Source of the DNA: Bacteroidota bacterium
GTDB taxonomy: Bacteria > Bacteroidota > Ignavibacteria > Ignavibacteriales > Melioribacteraceae
NCBI GenBank assembly: GCA_018829205.1
Contig: JAHJUE010000014.1
Span: 78,069 to 142,068, forward strand
DNA length: 64,000 bases
Reading direction: 5' to 3'
Under the pieces are notes generated by a model. That model had not been told where the DNA came from and did not search any database. It saw only the letters and a list, made by a program, of their open reading frames with translations. Positions 18,865 to 28,272 of this stretch are shown here, piece after piece. The stretch's first letter is position 1; every line of letters starts with the position of its first letter. Made by a program: the position numbers and the translations under genes.

Positions 18865-20670
18865 ATGAAGTTTTTAACGCTGTTAATTGCAGCTGCGGCA
18901 ATAACTATATCTTTTACTTACGGTAAAAATTATAAAGGCGCCGAATATAGAACTAAAGAGAATTATACCTACGGCAGGTTTGAAGTCAGATTCAAACCTG
19001 CTAATAGGGAAGGCGTTGTATCGTCATTTTTTACCTATCATGAAATTTCTAGTACTGCGGAATGGAACGAAATTGATATTGAAGCGATTGGACGGTATAC
19101 AAACCTGGTGCAGTTTAATACAATTACTCCCGGTCAGCAGAATCATGTAAGAAACAACTACGTTGCTTTTAATCCTTTTGTTGATTTTCATGATTATGCC
19201 TTTGAATGGACTCCGGATTATATCGCTTGGTTTATTGATAACGAAGAAGTTTACAGGCAGACAGGCGATTTTGTAAAATCAGTTGTTCATGAACAAAAAA
19301 TAATGATGAATATATGGAATCCGGTCTATACTGGCTGGGTTGGATATTGGAATGATGACTTCCTTCCGGCAAGATCTTATTACGATTGGGTTAGCTATTC
19401 TTCCTACACTCCTGGCAGCGGTAATACGGGAACATCCGGCAACTTTTCATTTCAATGGAAAGATGATTTTGATTCATGGGATAAAAACAGATGGGAAAAA
19501 GCAACTCATACATTCGGCGGGAATCAGGCCGATTTTATACAGGAAAACGCTGTGCTGCAGGACGGTTATTTAATATTATGCTTAACGGATGAAACCAATA
19601 TTGGATTATCCGACAACAGAAAACCAAATATTCTGTGGGCACGAGAGAATTTTGACAATACAGTCACCGTAATGTTTTCAGAAGAAATCAATAAACCTAT
19701 CGCTGAAACTGTATCAAATTATACAATTCCCGGTGTTAAAGTAATAAGCGCAAACTTAAACGAAGATTCGAAAAGCGTTTTACTGCATACGCAGAATTAT
19801 GACCCCGATATTACATACAATATTATAATTCAAAACATAACCGACGATGAATCTATTCCAAATAAAATGGCTTTAAAAGCTATTTCAATTATTCAGATTA
19901 ACGAACTTTTTTTACCTGTAAAAATTAATGCCGGCGGTTCTAGTTTAGGAGAATTTAATTCCGACATCGAATGGAGCAGCTCAACCGAATACGGATATTC
20001 TAACGGAAGCGGCAAAATGTGGCCGCAGAATATTATTATCGGAGGAACTTCGGATGGAAATATTTACAAATATGAATTAAATGGTTTGGCCGCCTATAAA
20101 ATACGTGTTAAAAACGGTACATATAATATTAAACTTATGTTTGCCGAAAATGAATTTAACGAATCCGGCAGAAGAATTTTTGATGTCGTTGCCGAAGGCA
20201 GATTGTTGAAAGATAATTTAGATATTTATTCGGAGGTTGGAAAAAACCAGGCCTTTGATATTGAAGCTTCTATTGAAGTTAACGACGAGGTAATAGATTT
20301 ATATTTCCCTGAAGAGACCGGAAACGCTATTATTAACGGTATTATTGTTGACCATGGTACTACGGATATAAATATTAATAAATCATTGCCCGATGATTTT
20401 GAATTATTGCAGAACTATCCAAATCCGTTTAATAACACCACTATCATTAAGTTCTATCTTAATTCCGAACAGAATCTTAAACTGAAAATTTATGATTCAC
20501 TCGGAAGAAATATTGTTACGGAAAATTTAGGATCACTGTCAGTCGGTGAACATAAATATGAATGGAACGGAAACGGCGCTAATGAATCATCCTTAAGTTC
20601 CGGAGTATATTTCTACTCGCTGCAAGGGGAGAAAAATTTCTCGGTTAAAAAACTAATGCTGTTAAAATAA
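18865..20670 (+). CDS. GH16 beta-glucanase (lichenase/laminarinase type) with a malectin-like module and a T9SS C-terminal domain
   Basis: GH16 catalytic motif EWNEIDIEAIG (ExDxE). The malectin-like segment is centred on GRRIFDVVAEGRLLKDNLDIYSEVGKNQAFDIE. CTD NYPNPFNNTTIIKFYL...GVYFYSL. Confidence 0.8.
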   Translation: MKFLTLLIAAAAITISFTYGKNYKGAEYRTKENYTYGRFEVRFKPANREGVVSSFFTYHEISSTAEWNEIDIEAIGRYTNLVQFNTITPGQQNHVRNNYVAFNPFVDFHDYAFEWTPDYIAWFIDNEEVYRQTGDFVKSVVHEQKIMMNIWNPVYTGWVGYWNDDFLPARSYYDWVSYSSYTPGSGNTGTSGNFSFQWKDDFDSWDKNRWEKATHTFGGNQADFIQENAVLQDGYLILCLTDETNIGLSDNRKPNILWARENFDNTVTVMFSEEINKPIAETVSNYTIPGVKVISANLNEDSKSVLLHTQNYDPDITYNIIIQNITDDESIPNKMALKAISIIQINELFLPVKINAGGSSLGEFNSDIEWSSSTEYGYSNGSGKMWPQNIIIGGTSDGNIYKYELNGLAAYKIRVKNGTYNIKLMFAENEFNESGRRIFDVVAEGRLLKDNLDIYSEVGKNQAFDIEASIEVNDEVIDLYFPEETGNAIINGIIVDHGTTDININKSLPDDFELLQNYPNPFNNTTIIKFYLNSEQNLKLKIYDSLGRNIVTENLGSLSVGEHKYEWNGNGANESSLSSGVYFYSLQGEKNFSVKKLMLLK

Positions 20671-20714
20671 ATATGTTAATGAAAACAAAAATTACCGCAA
20701 TATTTGAGGTTTAT

Positions 20715-22556
20715 ATGAAAAAATATTCTGTTACAATCCTAACACTTATATTATTGACTTTAGTTATCTGTGCGCCGCTAAACAATAATCCAAAAGAAAT
20801 ATTTGTTGATGATATGCTGTCTAAAATGACATTAGAGGAAAAAATAGGTCAAATGACACAGGTGGATTATTCCGCGTTTGAAGATTTTAATGATATTGAA
20901 AAATACGCTATTGGTTCCGTGCTCTGGGGCGGAGGATCCGAAATAAGCGATATAACTCCGCAAGGCTGGGCCAACGTTAGCGATCAGCTGCAGACATACG
21001 CCGGCAAAACAAGATTAAAAATTCCTTTGCTGTTTGGAATTGACGCTGTGCACGGACATAATAATGTTGACGGAGCTGTAATATTTCCACATAATATCGG
21101 ATTGGGTTGCACACAAAACCCCGAGCTTATTGAGAAATCAGCAAGAGCTACAGCAGAAGAAATTGCAGGAACAGGTATTCATTGGACATTTGCTCCTTGC
21201 GTAGCAGTCGCAAGAAATGAAAGATGGGGAAGAACATACGAAAGCTTCAGCGAAGATCCCGAACTTGTCGCCAAACTTGGCGCAGCCGCGGTTAAAGGCT
21301 TTGAAAATGGAAACCTGTCTGCCAAAGATGCTGTACTTTCATGCACAAAACATTATATGGGAGACGGCGGCACTACCAACGGTAAAGATCAAGGTCATAC
21401 CGAAGTTGATGAAGAAACATTAAGAAAAATTCATCTGCCCGGTTATATTCAAGCAATTAAAGAAAATACAGGTTCTATTATGGCTTCTTATAATACTTGG
21501 GACGGAATTAAAATGCATGGAAATAAATATCTGCTAACGGATGTATTAAAAAATGAATTAGGATTCAAAGGATTTATAGTTTCAGACTGGGCCGCAATTG
21601 ATCAGCTGCCGGGCGATTATAAAAGCGATATTGAGATTTGTATTAATGCAGGTATGGATATGATTATGATACCTAACGGACCAAGAGAACAGGGAGTAGT
21701 AGAAGAAACCGATAACGGGCCTATAACAAAAAATACTTATTTCGATTTTATTAAGTATACAAAAGAACTCGTTGAAGAAAATAAAATCCCGATGTCAAGA
21801 ATTGATGACGCGGTAACTCGTATTCTAAACGTTAAATATGATTTGGACTTGTTTAATAAATTAACCCATGATAAAGAACTGTTATCAAAAATCGGTTCAA
21901 AAGAACATAGAGATATCGCGAAAGAATGTGTAAGAGAATCATTAGTATTGTTAAAAAATGAAAATAACACATTGCCGGTTTCAAAATCAGCAAAAAGAAT
22001 TCATTTAGCGGGAACTGGTGCCGATAATATTGGAATGCAGTGCGGTGGATGGACTATCTCATGGCAGGGAGAAGTTGGTGATGTTATAAGCGGCGGAACA
22101 ACCATTCTAGATGCATTTAAAAATTCTGCCCCCGAAGGTACGGAAATAACTTATTCGGAAGATGCATCTAACGCGCATGGAGCTGATTATTGTATTGTTG
22201 TTGTCGGTGAAAAACCATATGCAGAAATGTTCGGAGACAGGGAAAATTTAGCTTTAAGCGAAGACGATATTAATGTTATTAAAATTGCGAAAGATAGCGG
22301 CGCTAAAGTAATTGTTGTACTGCTGTCAGGAAGACCATTAATAATAAACTCCGCTTTGGAATTGGCCGATGCATTTGTTGCCGCATGGCTCCCGGGTTCC
22401 GAAGGTCAGGGAGTGGCTGACGTTTTATTCGGTGACTATAATTTTAAAGGGAGATTATCCCATAGCTGGCCGAAAGATATGTCCCAGATTCCAGTAAATA
22501 AAGATGATGAAAATTATGATCCCCTATTTAAAATTAATTATGGTCTTTGTTATTAA
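20715..22556 (+). CDS. GH3 beta-glucosidase / exo-beta-1,3(4)-glucanase (no CBM or CTD, probably periplasmic)
   Basis: [23 protein letters not shown], nucleophile region [17 protein letters not shown] at 20715 (MKKYSVTILTL signal peptide) preferred over 20673. Confidence 0.9.
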   Translation: MKKYSVTILTLILLTLVICAPLNNNPKEIFVDDMLSKMTLEEKIGQMTQVDYSAFEDFNDIEKYAIGSVLWGGGSEISDITPQGWANVSDQLQTYAGKTRLKIPLLFGIDAVHGHNNVDGAVIFPHNIGLGCTQNPELIEKSARATAEEIAGTGIHWTFAPCVAVARNERWGRTYESFSEDPELVAKLGAAAVKGFENGNLSAKDAVLSCTKHYMGDGGTTNGKDQGHTEVDEETLRKIHLPGYIQAIKENTGSIMASYNTWDGIKMHGNKYLLTDVLKNELGFKGFIVSDWAAIDQLPGDYKSDIEICINAGMDMIMIPNGPREQGVVEETDNGPITKNTYFDFIKYTKELVEENKIPMSRIDDAVTRILNVKYDLDLFNKLTHDKELLSKIGSKEHRDIAKECVRESLVLLKNENNTLPVSKSAKRIHLAGTGADNIGMQCGGWTISWQGEVGDVISGGTTILDAFKNSAPEGTEITYSEDASNAHGADYCIVVVGEKPYAEMFGDRENLALSEDDINVIKIAKDSGAKVIVVLLSGRPLIINSALELADAFVAAWLPGSEGQGVADVLFGDYNFKGRLSHSWPKDMSQIPVNKDDENYDPLFKINYGLCY

Positions 22557-22618
22557 AAGTTATAAATAATTATAGAATTTGACTTAAGGTTTATTGCATT
22601 ACTCTAATTGGAGAATTA

Positions 22619-23899
22619 ATGGAAAACAAGAATTCCTCTTCCTCACAAACGTCATATAAAAAAGAACTAATAGTTCTTACCTCATTATTTTTTATGTGGG
22701 GATTTTTAACTAGTCTAAATGATATTCTTATTCCTCATTTGAAAGCAATATTTGAATTGAATTACACTGAAGCAATGCTTGTGCAATTTGTATTTTTCGC
22801 GGCCTACTTTATGGCATCATTGCCTTCGAGTGCAATTATAGAAAAAATAGGATATAAAAAAGGAATAATTGCTGGATTATTAATTGCGGGAATTGGCGCG
22901 TTGCTTTTTTACCCTGCCGCTGCAATGAGAATTTACAGCCTGTTCTTATTCGCTTTTTTTATTCTTGCAGTTGGAATTACTATTCTTCAGGTTGCCGCTA
23001 ATCCCTATGTATCGGTGCTTGGCAAACCTGAAACTGCCTCAAGCAGATTGAATTTGACGCAGGCGTTTAATTCCTTAGGAACAACTGTCGGTCCTATTTT
23101 CGGAAGTGTTCTTATACTTTCTGTTGCCGTTAAGTCTGTCGACCAGCTTGCCGCTATGTCCGTAGGCGATCTTGAAGCATATAAACTTGCTGAAGCTTCG
23201 TCGGTGCAATTACCCTATATAGGACTTGCATTTGCTCTAATTTTATTGGCCGTAGTGATTTCGTTTTTTAAATTACCTGAAATAAATGAATCTGAAATTG
23301 AGGGAATGGAAGGTAATGATAACGGCGAATTAAAAATTGAAAGCATTTGGAAAATAAAACACCTTGTTCTGGGAGCGGTCGCTATATTTGTTTATGTCGG
23401 CGCTGAGGTTTCAATCGGAAGTTTCCTTGTTAATTTTTTAAGTGATGAAAAAATCGGAGGATTTACTGAGGCTGAAGCAGGTAAATATGTAGCTTTTTAT
23501 TGGGGTGCGGCAATGGTAGGACGTTTTATCGGATCTGCGCTTCTTCAAAAAATTAAGCCCGGAAAACTGCTTGCCTTTAATTCATTCGGAGCGGTTGTAT
23601 TAATATTTATTACAATTATAACAACCGGGCATATCGCGATGGTTACAATTCTTGCCGTTGGTTTAATGAATTCAATTATGTTCCCTACAATTTTTACTTT
23701 AGGAATAAACAATCTGAAAAATTACACAAAGAAAGGCTCAGGTATAATGATTATGGCGATTGTAGGTGGTGCAATTATTCCTTTAATGCAGGGCGCTTTA
23801 GCCGATTCAATCGGAATTCAGCTCGCTTTCATTCTGCCTTTATTATGCTATTTGTATATTGGATATTACGGTATAAGCGGTTCAAAGGTGAGGTTTTAA
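22619..23899 (+). CDS. MFS sugar transporter, glucose/galactose (FucP/GluP) family
   Basis: 12-TM protein. N-terminal [20 protein letters not shown] motif typical of FucP/GluP-family permeases. Confidence 0.85.
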   Translation: MENKNSSSSQTSYKKELIVLTSLFFMWGFLTSLNDILIPHLKAIFELNYTEAMLVQFVFFAAYFMASLPSSAIIEKIGYKKGIIAGLLIAGIGALLFYPAAAMRIYSLFLFAFFILAVGITILQVAANPYVSVLGKPETASSRLNLTQAFNSLGTTVGPIFGSVLILSVAVKSVDQLAAMSVGDLEAYKLAEASSVQLPYIGLAFALILLAVVISFFKLPEINESEIEGMEGNDNGELKIESIWKIKHLVLGAVAIFVYVGAEVSIGSFLVNFLSDEKIGGFTEAEAGKYVAFYWGAAMVGRFIGSALLQKIKPGKLLAFNSFGAVVLIFITIITTGHIAMVTILAVGLMNSIMFPTIFTLGINNLKNYTKKGSGIMIMAIVGGAIIPLMQGALADSIGIQLAFILPLLCYLYIGYYGISGSKVRF

Positions 23900-24871
23900 T
23901 TGTCCGATTATAATAAACATGACGCGGTTCTTGGTATTGATATCGGCGGTACTAATACAAAATACGGTCTGGTTACACCTGATGGTAAATTAATTCATAA
24001 AGGATCATGCCCCACAAATTCCGGGAAACCTATTTCAGCTCTATTTAAGAATATTCTGAGAACGGTTAAAAAAGTTAAAAAAGATTTAAATATAATCGGA
24101 ATCGGAATCGGGGCGCCCAATGCTAATTACTTCAATGGGTATATTGAATCGCCACCTAATTTAAAATGGGGTACGGTTAATGTAAAAAAGGAACTTAAAA
24201 AATTAATTTCATGCCCGGTCGCATTAACAAATGACGCTAATGCCGGGGCAATTGGGGAAATGATTTTCGGCAACGGGAAAGGAATAAATGATTTTATATT
24301 TATCACTTTAGGAACAGGACTTGGGAGCGGGCTAATTGTTGACGGTAAATTAGTATACGGTCACGATGGATTCGCCGGAGAAATTGGACACGTAATTGTA
24401 AAAGAAAACGGCAGATTATGCGGCTGCGGCAGAAAAGGTTGTCTTGAAACATATGTATCTGCACCGGGCTTAAAAAGAACAGCCTTTGAAATTCTGTCTG
24501 ATTTAAACTGCGAAAGTTTGTTGACAAAAATTCCTTATGAAAAATTAACCGCAAAAAATATATTCGAAGCTGCAGCCGCAAAAGATAAGGTAGCTATGCT
24601 TGCTTTTGAAAAAACAGGCGAAATACTTGGCAAAGCACTTGCTAATTCAATCGCTTACTTAAGTCCGAAAGCTATATTTCTATTTGGGGGATTAGTCGAA
24701 GCCGGTGATTTACTTTTTAAACCGGTTAAAAAATATATGAATGCGAACACACTTAACATTATGAAAAATAAGGTTACAATTATGCCTTCGGGATTAGATG
24801 AAGGCAGCGCCGCTGTATTGGGTGCTGCTGCATTAATTATAAATGAATTAGAAAAACTAAAATTGAAATAA
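23900..24871 (+). CDS. ROK-family glucokinase
   Basis: DIGGTNTK ATP-binding motif and ROK zinc motif GHVIV...CGCGRKGCLETY. The TTG start directly abuts the upstream stop. Confidence 0.85.
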   Translation: MSDYNKHDAVLGIDIGGTNTKYGLVTPDGKLIHKGSCPTNSGKPISALFKNILRTVKKVKKDLNIIGIGIGAPNANYFNGYIESPPNLKWGTVNVKKELKKLISCPVALTNDANAGAIGEMIFGNGKGINDFIFITLGTGLGSGLIVDGKLVYGHDGFAGEIGHVIVKENGRLCGCGRKGCLETYVSAPGLKRTAFEILSDLNCESLLTKIPYEKLTAKNIFEAAAAKDKVAMLAFEKTGEILGKALANSIAYLSPKAIFLFGGLVEAGDLLFKPVKKYMNANTLNIMKNKVTIMPSGLDEGSAAVLGAAALIINELEKLKLK

Positions 24872-24873
24872 AT

Positions 24874-25722
24874 ATGAAAACGATAAAAAATATAATTATG
24901 CTGAATCTATTCGTAGCTTCTTGCACATTTTGCGGATGTTCAGGTGATGATAATCCCTCCGATTCATCCTCTGTTACCGAAATTCCTGGTTATAATTTAA
25001 TATGGAATGATGAGTTCGAAGGAACTTCTATAAATGATAAGAAATGGGAACATGAAGTAAATGCAAATGGTGGAGGTAATAATGAATTGCAGTATTATAC
25101 AGCAAGATCTGAAAACTCGTATGTAAAAGATGGTTCATTATTTATTGTAGCGTTAAAAGAAAATTATTCAGGCAATGAAGGCAAAAGAGATTATACTTCA
25201 GCAAGAATGAGGACATTAAATAAAGGCGATTGGAAATACGGACGAATTGAAGTCAGAGCAAAACTTCCGTTTGGACAAGGATTATGGCCGGCAATTTGGA
25301 TGCTTCCAACTGACTGGGTTTACGGCGGATGGGCTGCAAGCGGCGAAATTGACATAATGGAATTGCTTGGACATGAACCTGAGCGTGTATACGGAACCTT
25401 GCATTACGGCGGAACATTTCCTAATAATACGCATTCAGGTTCTTCGTATAAACTACCGACGGGAAATTTCTCTAATGATTTTCATGTTTTCCGTCTTGAT
25501 TGGGAAGAAGGCGAGTTTAGATGGTATGTAGACGATATAATTTATCTTACACAGAAAAATTGGTTTTCAGGAAGTAACCCATACCCGGCTCCTTTTGATC
25601 AAAAATTTCATATGCTGCTTAATGTTGCCGTAGGTGGCAACTGGCCCGGCAGTCCTAATCTTTCGACTTCCTTTCCTCAAATAATGGAAGTTGATTTTGT
25701 GCGGGTTTATCAGAAAAAATAA
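24874..25722 (+). CDS. GH16 laminarinase (endo-beta-1,3-glucanase), probable lipoprotein
   Basis: GH16 catalytic motif SGEIDIMELLG (ExDxxE), WPAIWMLP. N-terminal lipobox-like LFVASCTFCGCSGDD. Confidence 0.85.
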   Translation: MKTIKNIIMLNLFVASCTFCGCSGDDNPSDSSSVTEIPGYNLIWNDEFEGTSINDKKWEHEVNANGGGNNELQYYTARSENSYVKDGSLFIVALKENYSGNEGKRDYTSARMRTLNKGDWKYGRIEVRAKLPFGQGLWPAIWMLPTDWVYGGWAASGEIDIMELLGHEPERVYGTLHYGGTFPNNTHSGSSYKLPTGNFSNDFHVFRLDWEEGEFRWYVDDIIYLTQKNWFSGSNPYPAPFDQKFHMLLNVAVGGNWPGSPNLSTSFPQIMEVDFVRVYQKK

Positions 25723-25758
25723 CTCGCTAAATCAAAACTATAAATCAAAGAGTGACAA

Positions 25759-28233
25759 ATGAAAAACTTTGGATGGATATTAATGTTCATTCTTTCGGTG
25801 AACTTTGTTTTATCGGCACAAAATATTAATGAACAAAATGAAATTGAAATTGATAGTCTTCTAGCTAAAATGACACTTGAAGAAAAAATTAATCTGCTTG
25901 GAGGTACTGGTTTTGCTTCTAAACCTATTGAACGAATAGGAATTCCTGAAATAAAAATGACAGACGGTCCCGTAGGCGTGCGCTGGGATGAAGCTACCGC
26001 TTTCCCGGTTTCAATTGCTATGGCCGCTACATGGAATGTTGATCTTATTAATTCTATCGGCAAATCTCTCGCAAATGAAACAATGATGAGAGACCGTAAT
26101 ATGATATTGGGGCCATGCGTAAATCTTGTAAGAACACCTCACGGCGGAAGAAACTTTGAAAGTTTTGGCGAAGATCCGTATCTAACCTCAAGGCTTGCCG
26201 TATCATACATAAAAGGAGTTGAAGAAAACGGAGTTATTGCTTCGATTAAACATTTTGCGGTTAATAATCAGGAATTTGAAAGAATGACAATAAGTGCCGA
26301 AGTAGATGAACGTGTACTTCGCGAAATTTATCTCCCCGCATTTGAAGCCGCTGTAAAAGAAGCAAATGTTTCAACTGTAATGGCGGCATATAATAAATTA
26401 AACGGAATTTACTGTGCCGAAAATGATTTTCTTCTTAACAAAATATTAAAAGATGAATGGGGATTTAAAGGATTTGTTGTTTCGGATTGGGGAGCTGTGC
26501 ATTCAACCAAGGGAACAGCAAACTTCGGAATCGACCTGGAGATGCCAAACGGAAAGTTTCTAAATAATACTTTATATGAATTAATAGAAAATGGTGAAGT
26601 TGATATCAATGTTATTAATGATAAAGTCAAAAGAATACTTAGAGTTATCAGCAAATTTAATTTTTTAAAATCAACTAATAACCTAAATGAAGACGAAATT
26701 CTTAAAACCAGTTTCCAAAAAGCTTTTCATGCAGCTTCCGAAAGTATAGTGCTGTTAAAAAATGAAAATAATATTCTGCCTATTAATTTAGATCTTTATA
26801 AAAAAATTGCGGTTCTGGGACCTAATGCCGCTGTAAATATAAGCGGCGGCGGCGGAAGCTCTAAGGTAAATCCAATTAATTCAATTAGCCCGTTGGAAGC
26901 TTTAAAAAATATCATGCCGTCAGACATTCAGCTGGTTTATGCACAGGGAAGCAGGACAGAAGGCCAGATAGAAGTTTTATCATCCGAATATTTGTCATGT
27001 AATTTTAATTCACAAAATGTAAAAGGCTTAAAAGCTGAATATTTCACAAACCCAAATTTGGAAGGTCCGCCTCAGATCGTTAGAGTCGATGAGCAGTTAA
27101 ATTTTTTATGGGGTTCCGGCGGTCCAGATCCTAAAATAGGCAAAGACAATTATTCCGTTAGATGGACGGGAAAACTTATAGCGCCTTTCAGCGGAAATAT
27201 AAAACTTGGAACCGTTAGCGATGACGGTGTAAGATTATATTTGAATAATAAGTTAATAATAGATAACTGGACAAATCACGCTGCAATGTTCGATGGGTTT
27301 GATATTAATCTTGAAGAAGGGAAAGAATACGATATCAAAATTGAGTTTTATGAAGACGCCGGTGACGCGGTATTTAAACTTGGATATATAACTCTCGAGG
27401 ATACATTGATTTCTGCCGCGGTTGAAGCAGCTGAATTATGCGATGTCGCAATTTTGTTTTTAGGTACATCCGACTTTTTTGAGAGCGAAGGCTTTGACAG
27501 AAAGGAATTAAATCTTCCCGAAGATCAGCTGAAATTACTTAACTCAGTTTTGGAAGTAAATAAAAATGTTATAGTTGTTTTAAATAACGGCGGACAAATT
27601 TTAATGTCTGATTGGATCGAAAGAACAAGCGCTGTTTTAGAAGCTTGGTTTCCCGGTCAGGAAGGCGGAAAAGCTGTTGCCGATATTCTTGTCGGGAAAA
27701 TAAATCCTTCGGGAAAACTCCCCTATACAATTCCTCAAAAATGGGAAGATTGTTCCGCTTATCCTTATTACCCCGGAAGCGGCGGGAAAATATTTTACGG
27801 CGAAGGTTTGTTTATCGGTTATAGGCATTTTGATAAATATAATATTCAACCTTTGTTCCATTTTGGTTACGGATTATCATACACGCAATTCAAATTAAGC
27901 GGCATTAATGTAAATGCCGCAGATTCAAAAATTAATGTATCTCTTACCGTTTCAAATATAGGAAATAAAGAAGGAAGTGAAGTTGTTCAAGTTTATGTAA
28001 GCGATAAAACAAATAAAACCGAAAGACCATTAAAAGAACTTAAAAAATTTGAAAAAGTATTTTTACTTCCAGGCGAATCAAAAATTGTAAATCTTGAATT
28101 AAGTTTTGACGCACTTAAATATTACAGCGTTGAAAAAGCCGCATGGACTTATGAACCGGGTATTTACGAAATACTTGTTGGCAGCTCATCTGCCGATTCG
28201 GATTTAATCAAAAATATTATTACTGTGAAGTAG
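25759..28233 (+). CDS. GH3 beta-glucosidase with an inserted PA14 domain and a C-terminal Fn3-like domain
   Basis: MTLEEKINLLGG, KHFAVNNQE, nucleophile GFKGFVVSDWGA. PA14-like KAEYFTNPNLEGPP...YSVRWTGKL...DDGVRLYLNNKLIIDNW. Confidence 0.9.
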   Translation: MKNFGWILMFILSVNFVLSAQNINEQNEIEIDSLLAKMTLEEKINLLGGTGFASKPIERIGIPEIKMTDGPVGVRWDEATAFPVSIAMAATWNVDLINSIGKSLANETMMRDRNMILGPCVNLVRTPHGGRNFESFGEDPYLTSRLAVSYIKGVEENGVIASIKHFAVNNQEFERMTISAEVDERVLREIYLPAFEAAVKEANVSTVMAAYNKLNGIYCAENDFLLNKILKDEWGFKGFVVSDWGAVHSTKGTANFGIDLEMPNGKFLNNTLYELIENGEVDINVINDKVKRILRVISKFNFLKSTNNLNEDEILKTSFQKAFHAASESIVLLKNENNILPINLDLYKKIAVLGPNAAVNISGGGGSSKVNPINSISPLEALKNIMPSDIQLVYAQGSRTEGQIEVLSSEYLSCNFNSQNVKGLKAEYFTNPNLEGPPQIVRVDEQLNFLWGSGGPDPKIGKDNYSVRWTGKLIAPFSGNIKLGTVSDDGVRLYLNNKLIIDNWTNHAAMFDGFDINLEEGKEYDIKIEFYEDAGDAVFKLGYITLEDTLISAAVEAAELCDVAILFLGTSDFFESEGFDRKELNLPEDQLKLLNSVLEVNKNVIVVLNNGGQILMSDWIERTSAVLEAWFPGQEGGKAVADILVGKINPSGKLPYTIPQKWEDCSAYPYYPGSGGKIFYGEGLFIGYRHFDKYNIQPLFHFGYGLSYTQFKLSGINVNAADSKINVSLTVSNIGNKEGSEVVQVYVSDKTNKTERPLKELKKFEKVFLLPGESKIVNLELSFDALKYYSVEKAAWTYEPGIYEILVGSSSADSDLIKNIITVK

Positions 28234-28272
28234 TTTAACGATTTGGAAATTAATTTTACGGGAATTTTTAAA

